DNA of 35,231 nt from a virus (taxonomy: Duplodnaviria > Caudoviricetes). The notes beneath the pieces were generated by a model. That model was not told where the DNA came from. It ran no database searches and worked only from the letters and a program-made list of their open reading frames with translations. A program made the position numbers and the translations under genes. Shown here in pieces: positions 7,418-16,186 of the stretch; position 1 is the first letter of the stretch; every line of letters begins with the position of its first letter. The DNA is taken from positions 1 to 35,231 of IMG/VR virus record IMGVR_UViG_3300027798_002719; one strand, written 5' to 3'.

Positions 7418-9115
7418 TTAAACGGCTATACCTGCGTTCTTCTTTACTTGTGCTAGTTCGTCAGTTGGTTCTTGTTCGACGGGCTGTGGTTGTGTGGCAA
7501 CTACTGGAGCCGGAGCAACTGGTTTTTCTTTTGCAGGTACAGGATTAGCAACTGGCTTCACCGGTGCAGTTATGGTTGGCTCAGGTAATTCAGTACTTGC
7601 GGTATTTTCTAACTTAGAAACATCGGTTAAGTTCTTTAACAAACCGCCAATCTCAACAACATTGCGGGCCGCAGTATCTTGTACATATGAACGTAATTGT
7701 ACAAACAGCGATTTATCATTTTTTACACGTTTTGCTTTTTCAGTTTTTGGATATCCATAAACTAGTAATTTGTAATTAGCGCCTTCCATGTTTAACACTG
7801 GAACTAGATCATAATTTTGCAATGCTTCATATAGAGCAGGCCCAAACTCTAATTCAGTATAGGCTTTCTTGGCACTAGGACTAATAATAACTAGTCGAAT
7901 TTCTTCTCCTAGTGTAGCATGGTGAACTACGCCCTTGGTAACTGTAGTGACAAAATCATATTCTTCAGAGTCATCTGACCCGGCAAGTTTACGCTTAATT
8001 TCTTTATAGATATAGTTATATGCTTTCTTAGTACCATGTAAGTAGTTATATGCTCTAACCTGTGATATTTTAGCACTACGTTCAACTTGGCTCATTGGTT
8101 TATAGTTAGCTGGTATAGGTTCGCCTTTCTTTGGAGCAGGAGGCGGCGGCGCTTTAAAGAATTTACGTATCTCTTCCGGGATACCAAAACCAACTGTACT
8201 TGTAAAGAAATTATTAATATGATCAAATTCATAACCACTTACAGCACCAATATGTTTAACTGTAGCTGTCTTGATGCTTAACAATCTTTCCTTCTTTCCG
8301 TTAACTGCAATCCATAAATCTGCCTTTGTACTATGCTGTGCTTCGGAAGTTGCGCCGTCTGCTGTGACTTCAATCATATCTCCGTTGGCAGCATTTTGTA
8401 TTTTTTCCAATGCCGTCTTTACATTGCTAGATTCGTTTACATAAGTAGCACAGTCCATATACAGTCTATAAATCTCTTTAGCCTTGTCGTATTGTAAAAA
8501 TTCTTGTGGCTGCTGTGCGCTCATTTGTAGAGCTTTAAAATCATTACCGCTGAGTATAATTTTTAATTGTAATTCTTTATCGTAGGCCTTTGTCTTAATT
8601 ATAGTACTAGTTAAATTTTGTACATTGTGGAAAATATCCGGCCCGGTAATAACATCGCCATGCCGTTCAAATTTTGTAACAACAGCAACAGCCATAATAC
8701 CTTCTGCTACGTTACCCTTGTTCCACCATTTACTATTAGTGGCTTCGCCGGTGCCACTAACTTTTTGTTTGATATCTTTGGTTTTTTCTATTTGATTAAG
8801 TCTATATGAATTACCGTCTTCTGCAGGCAATGGTAATGTTTTTAGTATTGTTACTTGTTCTAGACTTGCTACTTCTTTTTTATCTGTACCAGTTGGATTC
8901 CATACTTTTTCAAGCATGTCAGCTACTTGTGGTTTAAATGTAACTGTTTTAACAGTTTTAGGAGTTGTCGTAGTTTTATCAATTGTAACTTGGATTTCTG
9001 ATCTGTTTCTAATTAGATCAACTATATTACGATAGTAATTACTGTTTCTCGCCGCAAGAGTATTAGGGTCGATGGTTTCTTCGGAAATAAGGTGTTTAAA
9101 GTCAGCAAATCGCAT
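7418..9115 (-). CDS. large late protein with putative PD-(D/E)XK nuclease motif; probable internal virion protein
   Basis: GNVAEG...KADLWI...LLSIK pattern; N-terminus MRFADFKHLISEE; Pro/Ala-rich linker; C-terminus LAQVKKNAGI; TATAAATA at 9123..9130. Confidence 0.55.
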   Translation of the reverse strand: MRFADFKHLISEETIDPNTLAARNSNYYRNIVDLIRNRSEIQVTIDKTTTTPKTVKTVTFKPQVADMLEKVWNPTGTDKKEVASLEQVTILKTLPLPAEDGNSYRLNQIEKTKDIKQKVSGTGEATNSKWWNKGNVAEGIMAVAVVTKFERHGDVITGPDIFHNVQNLTSTIIKTKAYDKELQLKIILSGNDFKALQMSAQQPQEFLQYDKAKEIYRLYMDCATYVNESSNVKTALEKIQNAANGDMIEVTADGATSEAQHSTKADLWIAVNGKKERLLSIKTATVKHIGAVSGYEFDHINNFFTSTVGFGIPEEIRKFFKAPPPPAPKKGEPIPANYKPMSQVERSAKISQVRAYNYLHGTKKAYNYIYKEIKRKLAGSDDSEEYDFVTTVTKGVVHHATLGEEIRLVIISPSAKKAYTELEFGPALYEALQNYDLVPVLNMEGANYKLLVYGYPKTEKAKRVKNDKSLFVQLRSYVQDTAARNVVEIGGLLKNLTDVSKLENTASTELPEPTITAPVKPVANPVPAKEKPVAPAPVVATQPQPVEQEPTDELAQVKKNAGIAV

Positions 9116-9125
9116 AGTACAATAT

Positions 9126-9806
9126 TTATACTATTTCCGGGAACAGACATTCCTGGATAAAGTGTTGTACATCTTCCTCACTTAGCCCTAAACTGACCAT
9201 TACCCGCGGTGTATGGGGGTTGCATTTCTGATTTTGTGCGTAGTAGTTCTGCGCTAGTGTAGTATCTATTGCGGTGTTGTTTGTTTCAGAGACTGTGCTT
9301 AAATAGTGTGCAACAGTAGTTCTTGCTAGATTTGTAATTTGTTCTAGTTCTTCTGGATCTTGTACGTTGCCAGCGGCTACCATGCTTCCACTGAATATGT
9401 TAGTGGCCCACTCAGGTAAAGCACGTTCTTTGCGCCATTCTAGTTTGGCAACTTCATCGTGGAACCACTGCATCATAGGATGGTCAGCATCGCCTGCTTT
9501 TGAGTAATCGTGAAAACAGCCTGTGATCTTGTTCTTACCAGCAATAACATCAAAACCGTAAATCGGTGCTGGATTGTGAATGTGTGGAAAGATACAACAG
9601 TGCATCATCCATAGTCCTTTGCTTTCCCTAGCGTCCACTACATCAACGTGTGCCCTTCGATATGATTCGCTAGTCCATACACGATTGACCCAACCTGGTT
9701 GATTAAAGCGATCCATACCTGGCTCAAATATTTCCATGCCGGTTGCATCAAAACTTTCTTCTAACAGGGTTTGTATTTCAATCAATGTATCCCAGACTTT
9801 ACTCAT
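9126..9806 (-). CDS. ferredoxin-dependent bilin reductase (PcyX/PcyA-like)
   Basis: YRRAH, MMHCCIFP, PIYGFDVI, LPEWATNIFS and QKCNPHT motifs; adjacent to heme oxygenase. Confidence 0.88.
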   Translation of the reverse strand: MSKVWDTLIEIQTLLEESFDATGMEIFEPGMDRFNQPGWVNRVWTSESYRRAHVDVVDARESKGLWMMHCCIFPHIHNPAPIYGFDVIAGKNKITGCFHDYSKAGDADHPMMQWFHDEVAKLEWRKERALPEWATNIFSGSMVAAGNVQDPEELEQITNLARTTVAHYLSTVSETNNTAIDTTLAQNYYAQNQKCNPHTPRVMVSLGLSEEDVQHFIQECLFPEIV

Positions 9807-10347
9807 TGGGTACCAACGTCATCATTTCTTCAAATAATTTACCAGCATACCCGAAGCATACAATTGCTTCATCGGCTAAACTGTCATCTAATTTAGCACG
9901 TAGAATATTTTTAATAGTATCCGGTTCGTCGCCGAACTGATACATACGACCAGCACCTGGAACACGTTTAGCGATCATTTGTCCTCCAGATAAATCACCG
10001 AAGTGCCTAACATATAAATGTGCTAGTAACTTTTTAGGATCATCTTTAATGCTAAGAATGTATTCAATATATTCTTTAACTACTGGACATATATATGGTT
10101 GGTCGTTATCGTTGCCCCATAATTCTATAAAGTCTTCTAATATAGCAGGAGCTCTTCGAATAGCAGGGTAGTCACTCATCAAACCGTGTGGCATAGCACA
10201 TACTTCAAGTATTTCATAACACGGGTGCTGATTCTTAAGGAATGTTGCGTATAATTTAGGATCAATTTTGCCCGAAAATAAAACTTTTACAAACGGTTTA
10301 GTCTCTGCAGATTTGTGTGCTTCGTGCGTTAGATCTTTTAGGCTCAT
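9799..10347 (-). CDS. heme oxygenase (biliverdin-producing)
   Basis: LKDLTHEAHKSAE proximal His; AHLYVRHFGDLSGGQMI distal motif. Confidence 0.93.
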   Translation of the reverse strand: MSLKDLTHEAHKSAETKPFVKVLFSGKIDPKLYATFLKNQHPCYEILEVCAMPHGLMSDYPAIRRAPAILEDFIELWGNDNDQPYICPVVKEYIEYILSIKDDPKKLLAHLYVRHFGDLSGGQMIAKRVPGAGRMYQFGDEPDTIKNILRAKLDDSLADEAIVCFGYAGKLFEEMMTLVPNE

Positions 10348-10646
10348 TCTTCTTCCAATTTAATTTGTAATGGATATCCGTTAGTGCGGGATTGTGTAGT
10401 TGCCTCAACTGCTTTAGCTTCAGCAATTTCAAAACTATATATACCGGCAACACCGCTTCCAGTTTCATGTACAGTCAGCATGATGTCATGTGCTGTTTCA
10501 TGTGTATGTTTAAAGATCTCAATTAGTAAAGAAATTACAAACTCCATCGGAGTTGATTCGTCGTTTAGCAAAATAACTTTCCAGCGTTTTGGCTCGGATA
10601 CTGTTACTTTAATTTTTTCATCTAATTGGATATCAGTCGTTGACAT
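10344..10646 (-). CDS. clpS: ATP-dependent Clp protease adaptor
   Basis: WKVILLNDESTPMEFV, IMLTVHETG, YSFEIAEAK and YPLQ motifs; start moved to ATG 10646. Confidence 0.93.
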   Translation of the reverse strand: MSTTDIQLDEKIKVTVSEPKRWKVILLNDESTPMEFVISLLIEIFKHTHETAHDIMLTVHETGSGVAGIYSFEIAEAKAVEATTQSRTNGYPLQIKLEEE

Positions 10647-10664
10647 TATGTTCTCTTTCAAAGT

Positions 10665-10682
10665 GGGGGAGTTTCCTCCCCC
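10665..10682 (-). terminator. GC hairpin between hsp20 and clpS (terminator or 5' UTR stem)
   Basis: GGGGGAG-GAAA-CTCCCCC, followed only by ACTTT. Confidence 0.45.
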
Positions 10683-10688
10683 GGTTTA

Positions 10689-11114
10689 TTATTTAATCTC
10701 GATTTGACGAGGCTTCAATGCTTCTGGCACAAGACGCCGAATGTCAATTTGTAACATTCCGTTTTCTACCTTTGCACCTCGAACTTCCATGTACTCAGCA
10801 AGAGTAAATGTCTGTTCAAAATCGCGAGCTGCCAATCCACGATGCAAATACTCGATCCCAACATCTACGTTAGGACGATTCTTAATACCACGGATCGTCA
10901 GTTGGTCTTGATCCACTTCTACAGTGACTTCTTCTTTGGAGAAGCCTGCCACAGCAACTTCAATACCATAACTGTCATCACTATATTTTACAATATTATG
11001 TGGAGGATAGTTACCATTTTGGTGATGTGGCGCAGTAAAGTAGCGATCAAACCCTACTAGTGCTTTGCTCAGTTGTGCTAGAGCGGCTGTGTCAATTGTT
11101 CTTAATTGTGTCAT
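10689..11114 (-). CDS. small heat-shock protein Hsp20 (IbpA-like)
   Basis: NYPPHNI, EVAVAGF, YLHRGLAARDF and ENGML motifs. Confidence 0.95.
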   Translation of the reverse strand: MTQLRTIDTAALAQLSKALVGFDRYFTAPHHQNGNYPPHNIVKYSDDSYGIEVAVAGFSKEEVTVEVDQDQLTIRGIKNRPNVDVGIEYLHRGLAARDFEQTFTLAEYMEVRGAKVENGMLQIDIRRLVPEALKPRQIEIK

Positions 11115-11165
11115 TTTAGATCTCCTTATAGCAAGAACAGTTGTAGGACCCCGAAGGCATCCTAC
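11115..11165 (-). promoter_or_regulatory. ROSE-like RNA thermometer, hsp20 5' UTR
   Basis: Upstream hairpin, then UUCUUGCU pairing with the SD AGGAGA. Confidence 0.7.
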
Positions 11166-11179
11166 TTGTTTACATTATA

Positions 11180-13081
11180 TTACTTCTTTTCTGTAGGGTC
11201 AACTTCTTTGAAGCTAGCGTCTACAGTTTGTTCGCCTGAAGCATCGGCGTTTGATTTTGCTTGTTCAGCGGCTTGCTTTTTGGCAAACACTGAACTTGCG
11301 CTCTCAAATAGTTTTGAAACAGCTTCGTTAATCTTTTCTACATCTTCACCAGATACTGCTTCGGTTAGACTTGATTTAGCTGTTTCGTATGCTGTCTTTT
11401 CTTCTTCAGTTAATTGATCTTTAAATTCTTCAAAATCTTTATTAACTGAGTGTGCAGTACCTTCAGCTTGGTTACGTGCATTGATTAATTCTGCGGCTTT
11501 CTTATCTGACTCTGCATTTTCTTCAGCTTCTTGTACCATGCGTTGGATTTCAGCTTCAGTCAATCCACTATCAGATTTGATAGTAATCTTATTTTCTTTG
11601 CCAGTGTTTTTATCCTTGGCACTTACGTTAAGAATACCGTTGGCATCAATATCTAAGGTAACTTCAATTTGTGGTGTGCCACGCATTGCCGGAGCGATAC
11701 CTTCAAGATTGAATTCGCCTAGTAGTTTGTTGTACTTAAACAGTTCACGTTCACCTTGTGCAACTTTGATAGTTACAGCTGGTTGATTGTCTTCTGCTGT
11801 CGAGAACGTCTGTGAGTGTTTTGTTGGGATAGTCGTGTTCTTACCAATCAACTTGGTAAACACACCGCCCATTGTTTCAATGCCCAGTGTTAATGGAGTA
11901 ACGTCAAGTAACAACACGTCTGTCTTATCGCCTGATAATACAGCGCCTTGTATAGCGGCACCAGCGGCAACTGCTTCGTCTGGGTTTACATCTTTACGTG
12001 GAGCCTTGCCAAACAGTTTCTCAACTGCTTCTTGCACTTTGGGCATACGTGTTTGTCCACCAACTAAGATAACTTCGTCAATGTCTGCGGCAGTTACTTT
12101 AGCATCCTTCATGGCAATCTTACATGGCTCGATTGAACGCTCGATTAGTTTGTCAACCATTTGTTCAAACTTAGCACGAGTAATAGTTACATTCAAATGC
12201 TTAGGACCACTTGCATCTGCTGTGATATATGGCAAGTTGACTGCTGTTTGTTGTGTGCTCGACAGTTCAATCTTGGCCTTTTCAGCAGAGTCTTTCAAGC
12301 GTTGCAATGCTAACATATCTTGTTTAAGATCGATGCCGCTTTCCTTCTTGAACTCTTCAACTAGGTGATCCATGATAACTTGGTCAAAGTCTTCACCGCC
12401 TAGGAATGTGTCACCGTTTGTTGATAAAACTTCAATTTGCTTGTCGCCATCAATGTTGGCAATTTCAATAATAGAGATATCAAATGTACCACCGCCCAAG
12501 TCGTATACCGCAATCTTGCGATCACGCTTGTCTTGTTTGTCTACACCGTAGGCCAGTGCGGCGGCGGTTGGCTCGTTAATAATACGTAGCACTTCTAAGC
12601 CAGCGATACGCCCTGCATCTTTAGTTGCTTGACGCTGGCTATCATTAAAGTAGGCAGGAACTGTAATTACAGCCTGTGTTACTTCTTTACCTAGATAGTC
12701 TTCAGCAGTCTTTTTCATTTTGCGAAGTACTTCAGCTGACACTTGTTGTGGCGCTAGTTTTTCTCCATTTGCCTCAATCCATGCATCACCATTGTCTGCT
12801 CGGACAATACCGTAAGGCATCAAGTCAATGTCTTTTTGCACTTCCTTCTCGTCAAACTTACGTCCAATAAGGCGCTTGCTTGCGTAGATAGTATTCTTTG
12901 GATTTGTGACTGCTTGTCGTTTTGCTGTTGCACCTACTAAGATTTCGTCTTTAGTATATGCAATGATTGATGGTGTTGTTCTAGCACCTTCGCTGTTTTC
13001 AATTACTTTAGCAATTCCATTTTCTAAGATTGCTACACAGCTATTTGTTGTACCTAAATCGATACCGATGATTTTGCTCAT
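11180..13081 (-). CDS. dnaK: chaperone DnaK (Hsp70)
   Basis: [17 protein letters not shown] and [11 protein letters not shown] signatures; full length, 633 aa. Confidence 0.98.
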   Translation of the reverse strand: MSKIIGIDLGTTNSCVAILENGIAKVIENSEGARTTPSIIAYTKDEILVGATAKRQAVTNPKNTIYASKRLIGRKFDEKEVQKDIDLMPYGIVRADNGDAWIEANGEKLAPQQVSAEVLRKMKKTAEDYLGKEVTQAVITVPAYFNDSQRQATKDAGRIAGLEVLRIINEPTAAALAYGVDKQDKRDRKIAVYDLGGGTFDISIIEIANIDGDKQIEVLSTNGDTFLGGEDFDQVIMDHLVEEFKKESGIDLKQDMLALQRLKDSAEKAKIELSSTQQTAVNLPYITADASGPKHLNVTITRAKFEQMVDKLIERSIEPCKIAMKDAKVTAADIDEVILVGGQTRMPKVQEAVEKLFGKAPRKDVNPDEAVAAGAAIQGAVLSGDKTDVLLLDVTPLTLGIETMGGVFTKLIGKNTTIPTKHSQTFSTAEDNQPAVTIKVAQGERELFKYNKLLGEFNLEGIAPAMRGTPQIEVTLDIDANGILNVSAKDKNTGKENKITIKSDSGLTEAEIQRMVQEAEENAESDKKAAELINARNQAEGTAHSVNKDFEEFKDQLTEEEKTAYETAKSSLTEAVSGEDVEKINEAVSKLFESASSVFAKKQAAEQAKSNADASGEQTVDASFKEVDPTEKK

Positions 13082-13135
13082 ATTGTTCTCCTTTAATTAA
13101 GCAAGAATATTGTAAACCCTTTACGGCGTCTACAA
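13082..13135 (-). promoter_or_regulatory. ROSE-like RNA thermometer, dnaK 5' UTR
   Basis: Upstream hairpin, then UUCUUGCUU pairing with AAGGAGAA; TAAATA at 13139..13144. Confidence 0.65.
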
Positions 13136-13141
13136 TTTTAT

Positions 13142-13432
13142 TTATCCCGAGATAATCTCTTCGTTAAAAATATTTGACCATTTTTTAAGTTTTTCTATTT
13201 TGGCTAGTTTTGCGGATTCTAACGTTTCTTCGTTTATAACCCCCATGTTTAGCAGTATGTCTACCATAGCTAACAAGTCTCCTAGTTCTTCTTCTAGGTG
13301 TTCACAGTTAGTTTTGGGCTTGCCCGGCTTTAAATTATCTAGTCCAAACCTATGACATTTACTAACTGCTTGTATTACTTCTGCACATTCTTCACTTAGA
13401 ATGTTCATTACTTCTCTTTCTCGATTATTCAT
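13142..13432 (-). CDS. MazG-like NTP pyrophosphohydrolase
   Basis: EECAE...EELGD metal-binding motif. Confidence 0.8.
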   Translation of the reverse strand: MNNREREVMNILSEECAEVIQAVSKCHRFGLDNLKPGKPKTNCEHLEEELGDLLAMVDILLNMGVINEETLESAKLAKIEKLKKWSNIFNEEIISG

Positions 13433-13435
13433 ATA

Positions 13436-14020
13436 TTACCTTTGATTTGCAAATGGTGCGATATAATCGCCTGCGCTTGTTGTGCTAGTTCGTAATGTGT
13501 TATAAACATTTTGAATGCCCACTGCTTGATTCCAAGCATCTTGCAATGCGTGGTGAGCTGTTACTGGCGGACGTTGTGGATTAATACCTAAGTCGAATGC
13601 TGTACGCACATCACGCACTTCCCAGAATTTCCAAGGAACTGCACGATTAACTTTTTTAAATACATGTTCACAAATTACAATATCGAAACAACTGCCGTTG
13701 GACCAAACTCTTTTAGCACCCCAACAAAATTTATACAGTTGTTCAAACGCATCTCGAATATGTATTCTATCGTCCGTATTAAACGCTTCTTCTTGGGCTT
13801 CTTTACTTTGATTGGCCCACCAAGCAATCGTATCGTCATTGGTAACTAATCCAATTTCGTCACAACTATCAAGATCAACTCGTACATAAAACGGAGTCAT
13901 TGATGGCTCTTGAGCTTCTCTACCAAACGGATCAAATTTTACAGCGCCTATGGTAAGAATGGCGGCATCCGTAGATGTCGCCAATGTTTCTAAGTCAATC
14001 ATAATATCTGTATTTGCCAT
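13436..14020 (-). CDS. DEDDh 3'-5' exonuclease (Rv2179c-like)
   Basis: DIMIDLET, WSNGSCFD, RDVRT and HHALQDA motifs. Confidence 0.88.
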   Translation of the reverse strand: MANTDIMIDLETLATSTDAAILTIGAVKFDPFGREAQEPSMTPFYVRVDLDSCDEIGLVTNDDTIAWWANQSKEAQEEAFNTDDRIHIRDAFEQLYKFCWGAKRVWSNGSCFDIVICEHVFKKVNRAVPWKFWEVRDVRTAFDLGINPQRPPVTAHHALQDAWNQAVGIQNVYNTLRTSTTSAGDYIAPFANQR

Positions 14021-14048
14021 GTAAGCTCTTTCTTTATTGTGAACTTAC

Positions 14049-14077
14049 ATTGTAACAGATTTATAATTCTATGTCAA
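14049..14077 (-). promoter_or_regulatory. sigma70-like promoter
   Basis: TTGACA-17 nt-TACAAT. Confidence 0.7.
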
Positions 14078-14307
14078 TACATTTTCTTAGGTAAACTTTC
14101 TTTTTCGAGCTTCTTGCGCCAACGAGCTCGGGCCGCACCTTTTTTACGTTTGCGTTCTGTCGTTGGTTTTTCGTAAAATTCTTTGGCACGTAATATGTCC
14201 AACGTTCCAGCTTCCTCGATTTTCTTTTTAAATCGTCGTAACGCTGAATTTATATTTTCACCGTCTTTAACAGTAACACCTGTTCCGACTTTCTTATTCT
14301 GAATCAT
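14074..14307 (-). CDS. rpsU: ribosomal protein bS21 homolog
   Basis: VKDGENINSALRRFKKK...KEFYEKPTTERKRKK; start placed at the ATG 8 nt after GAGGA. Confidence 0.92.
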   Translation of the reverse strand: MIQNKKVGTGVTVKDGENINSALRRFKKKIEEAGTLDILRAKEFYEKPTTERKRKKGAARARWRKKLEKESLPKKMY

Positions 14308-14710
14308 CTGCATCATCCTCTTCTTCGTCTTGGTTTTGAATTTGTTCTACAATGAAATCTAAATCCCAAATTCTATTTTTAGATATCAAATTGTATGGCG
14401 TAATTTCATCGTTAGTTATATAGTGTGCATTAGGTTGCGATATCATAAATGTAATAAACTGTTTAGTAACCGGATCACAATTGTCAACGTCAATTATAAC
14501 TACATCAGTTTGGTGACAAATACTCAGTAACCAACTAGTATCGTTATCGTTTTGATCATATATGAACACATTCAAATCATCTATGCTTTTGCTTAGAATT
14601 GCTTGAAACTGCTGTTTAACATGATTAGACGGTTTAACTAACAAGTAACTTAGTGTTAGGTTAAAAAGTTTATCAGGCGGCGTTATTACTGTTATTTTTC
14701 CTAAGTTCAT
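14294..14710 (-). CDS. hypothetical protein
   Basis: 138-aa ORF in the operon, acidic tail. Confidence 0.7.
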   Translation of the reverse strand: MNLGKITVITPPDKLFNLTLSYLLVKPSNHVKQQFQAILSKSIDDLNVFIYDQNDNDTSWLLSICHQTDVVIIDVDNCDPVTKQFITFMISQPNAHYITNDEITPYNLISKNRIWDLDFIVEQIQNQDEEEDDADDSE

Positions 14711-14945
14711 AAATCCTACTTACAAAGTATTCTATTTTGTCTGTTGTATAGTTACTAAACTTAGGACCTTTATTCTTTGTTTCATCAACAAACTTAGCCA
14801 ATTCTGGATCAGTTGTTGCATCTACTTCTAAAGTATCAAAAACTTTCGCTCCATACAACTTATATAATTCATCTCTTGGTCGAGCATTTGATCTACTAAT
14901 TATCTTAGACCAAATTGTTTCTTCACCTTGCTCGGCGTTTTGCAC
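14673..14945 (-). CDS. probable -1 frameshift extension of 14951..16174
   Basis: Weak GTG start; frame is open back to the A9G run at 15005..15014. Confidence 0.6.
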   Translation of the reverse strand: MQNAEQGEETIWSKIISRSNARPRDELYKLYGAKVFDTLEVDATTDPELAKFVDETKNKGPKFSNYTTDKIEYFVSRIYELRKNNSNNAA

Positions 14946-14950
14946 ATATC

Positions 14951-16174
14951 CTACGATCGGTTCTTGACTTGAATGTGTCTCGTCTCGTCCTTCGTCATAT
15001 AAGTCTTTTTTTTTGAATCTTCTGGTTCAATTACTTCTGTAAAGTCTGGCTTAATTCTATCGCCTGTTACTGCTGAATAGTTTTCAGGGATATATTTTTG
15101 GGCCTCTGCTTCTATAATTTCTTGTTTTTCTTGTTGTATTGCCTGTTCAGCCTCTTCAATCATCTTGTTCCATTGTTCAAGCGGTATGTCTTCTACCGTT
15201 TCTACTGGCTTTTCCTCCGTTGCTGTTATATCACCTCCTAGTGCAGTCAACGGTGTTTCGCTTGGAACTTCTTCTGTGTGTGTTTGTTTGATTTCTTCTT
15301 CAGGAATATATTCTTGTGGTTGGGGCACAAAATCATTGATGCTTACAGGTACTGGTTCTGTTACGGGAGTTTCAGTATGTGGTACTGTATTATGTAAAAG
15401 ATGTTTGTCATCCTCTTCCCTTTTCCAACCAAATGTCATTTGTGCGGCCAACAGCATAATAACTGCTAATGGATCAAATACAATAACAATAAGGATAATA
15501 ATCCATGTTACTGCTCGTTCCAGCATGTTTTCATCTGCGCCATGGTCGCCGTAGATAAACTTGGCAATGTATTTTATTGGCCCAACTTCGGCCTCGACCT
15601 TGCGTACTTCTGCCGCGATTGGAGCACGCTCTTGGCTAACTGCGGCAATAGTTTTCTGTTCGGCTGTGATCTCAGACTGAAGCCTTGCACGTTCCTTTTG
15701 CTGACTACGTCTAATTTGAACTGCTTTCTCGGCACCTTTTTCATCACTGCTTCGGCCCATGACCTGGTCCACAGCTTCATCCATCTGTTTAAGAGCTTTA
15801 CGGTTTGCATCTATATTGTCTTTGCTTGTTTTAATCTTTTCGTCATAGATAGCAATCTTACTTTGAACATCGCCACTTACTAGATTTTGGTCGTTGTGTG
15901 CTTTTGAAAGGAATCCAAAAATACCCATCGAGGTAATAATCATTAACACAACTACTGAAATGATCATGTAGTATTTTATAAAACGTGGAGCACGTTCCCA
16001 GTTAGCTTTGAGCCAGCTAGCACATACTAGTTTGCCAATCTCTAGGGCTGATCCCATAATAATAATTGGAATTACTGCCGCAGAGAATATTGCGGTCAAA
16101 CCTACTACTGAATAGTAGATTGCGACCGCAGATATTATTAATCCAGTAAGAAGTAGTAACCAGGCTAAAATCAT
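14951..16174 (-). CDS. multi-TM coiled-coil membrane protein with acidic tail
   Basis: Three N-terminal TM helices, TSMGIFGFLSKAH, coiled coil, EVGPIKYIA, IVFDPLA. Confidence 0.8.
   Translation of the reverse strand: MILAWLLLLTGLIISAVAIYYSVVGLTAIFSAAVIPIIIMGSALEIGKLVCASWLKANWERAPRFIKYYMIISVVVLMIITSMGIFGFLSKAHNDQNLVSGDVQSKIAIYDEKIKTSKDNIDANRKALKQMDEAVDQVMGRSSDEKGAEKAVQIRRSQQKERARLQSEITAEQKTIAAVSQERAPIAAEVRKVEAEVGPIKYIAKFIYGDHGADENMLERAVTWIIILIVIVFDPLAVIMLLAAQMTFGWKREEDDKHLLHNTVPHTETPVTEPVPVSINDFVPQPQEYIPEEEIKQTHTEEVPSETPLTALGGDITATEEKPVETVEDIPLEQWNKMIEEAEQAIQQEKQEIIEAEAQKYIPENYSAVTGDRIKPDFTEVIEPEDSKKKTYMTKDETRHIQVKNRS
15005..15018 (-). other. slippery site ATTCAAAAAAAAAG (contains A_AAA_AAG)
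   Basis: In-frame TCA AAA AAA AAG; the -1 frame reads through to 14673. Confidence 0.7.
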
Positions 16175-16186
16175 CAGTGCCTTATA

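Noticed and set aside
11481-13100. Long plus-strand ORFs antisense to dnaK (also opposite nrdA and other genes)
   Set aside because: Shadow ORFs caused by codon bias; no RBS or recognisable motifs.
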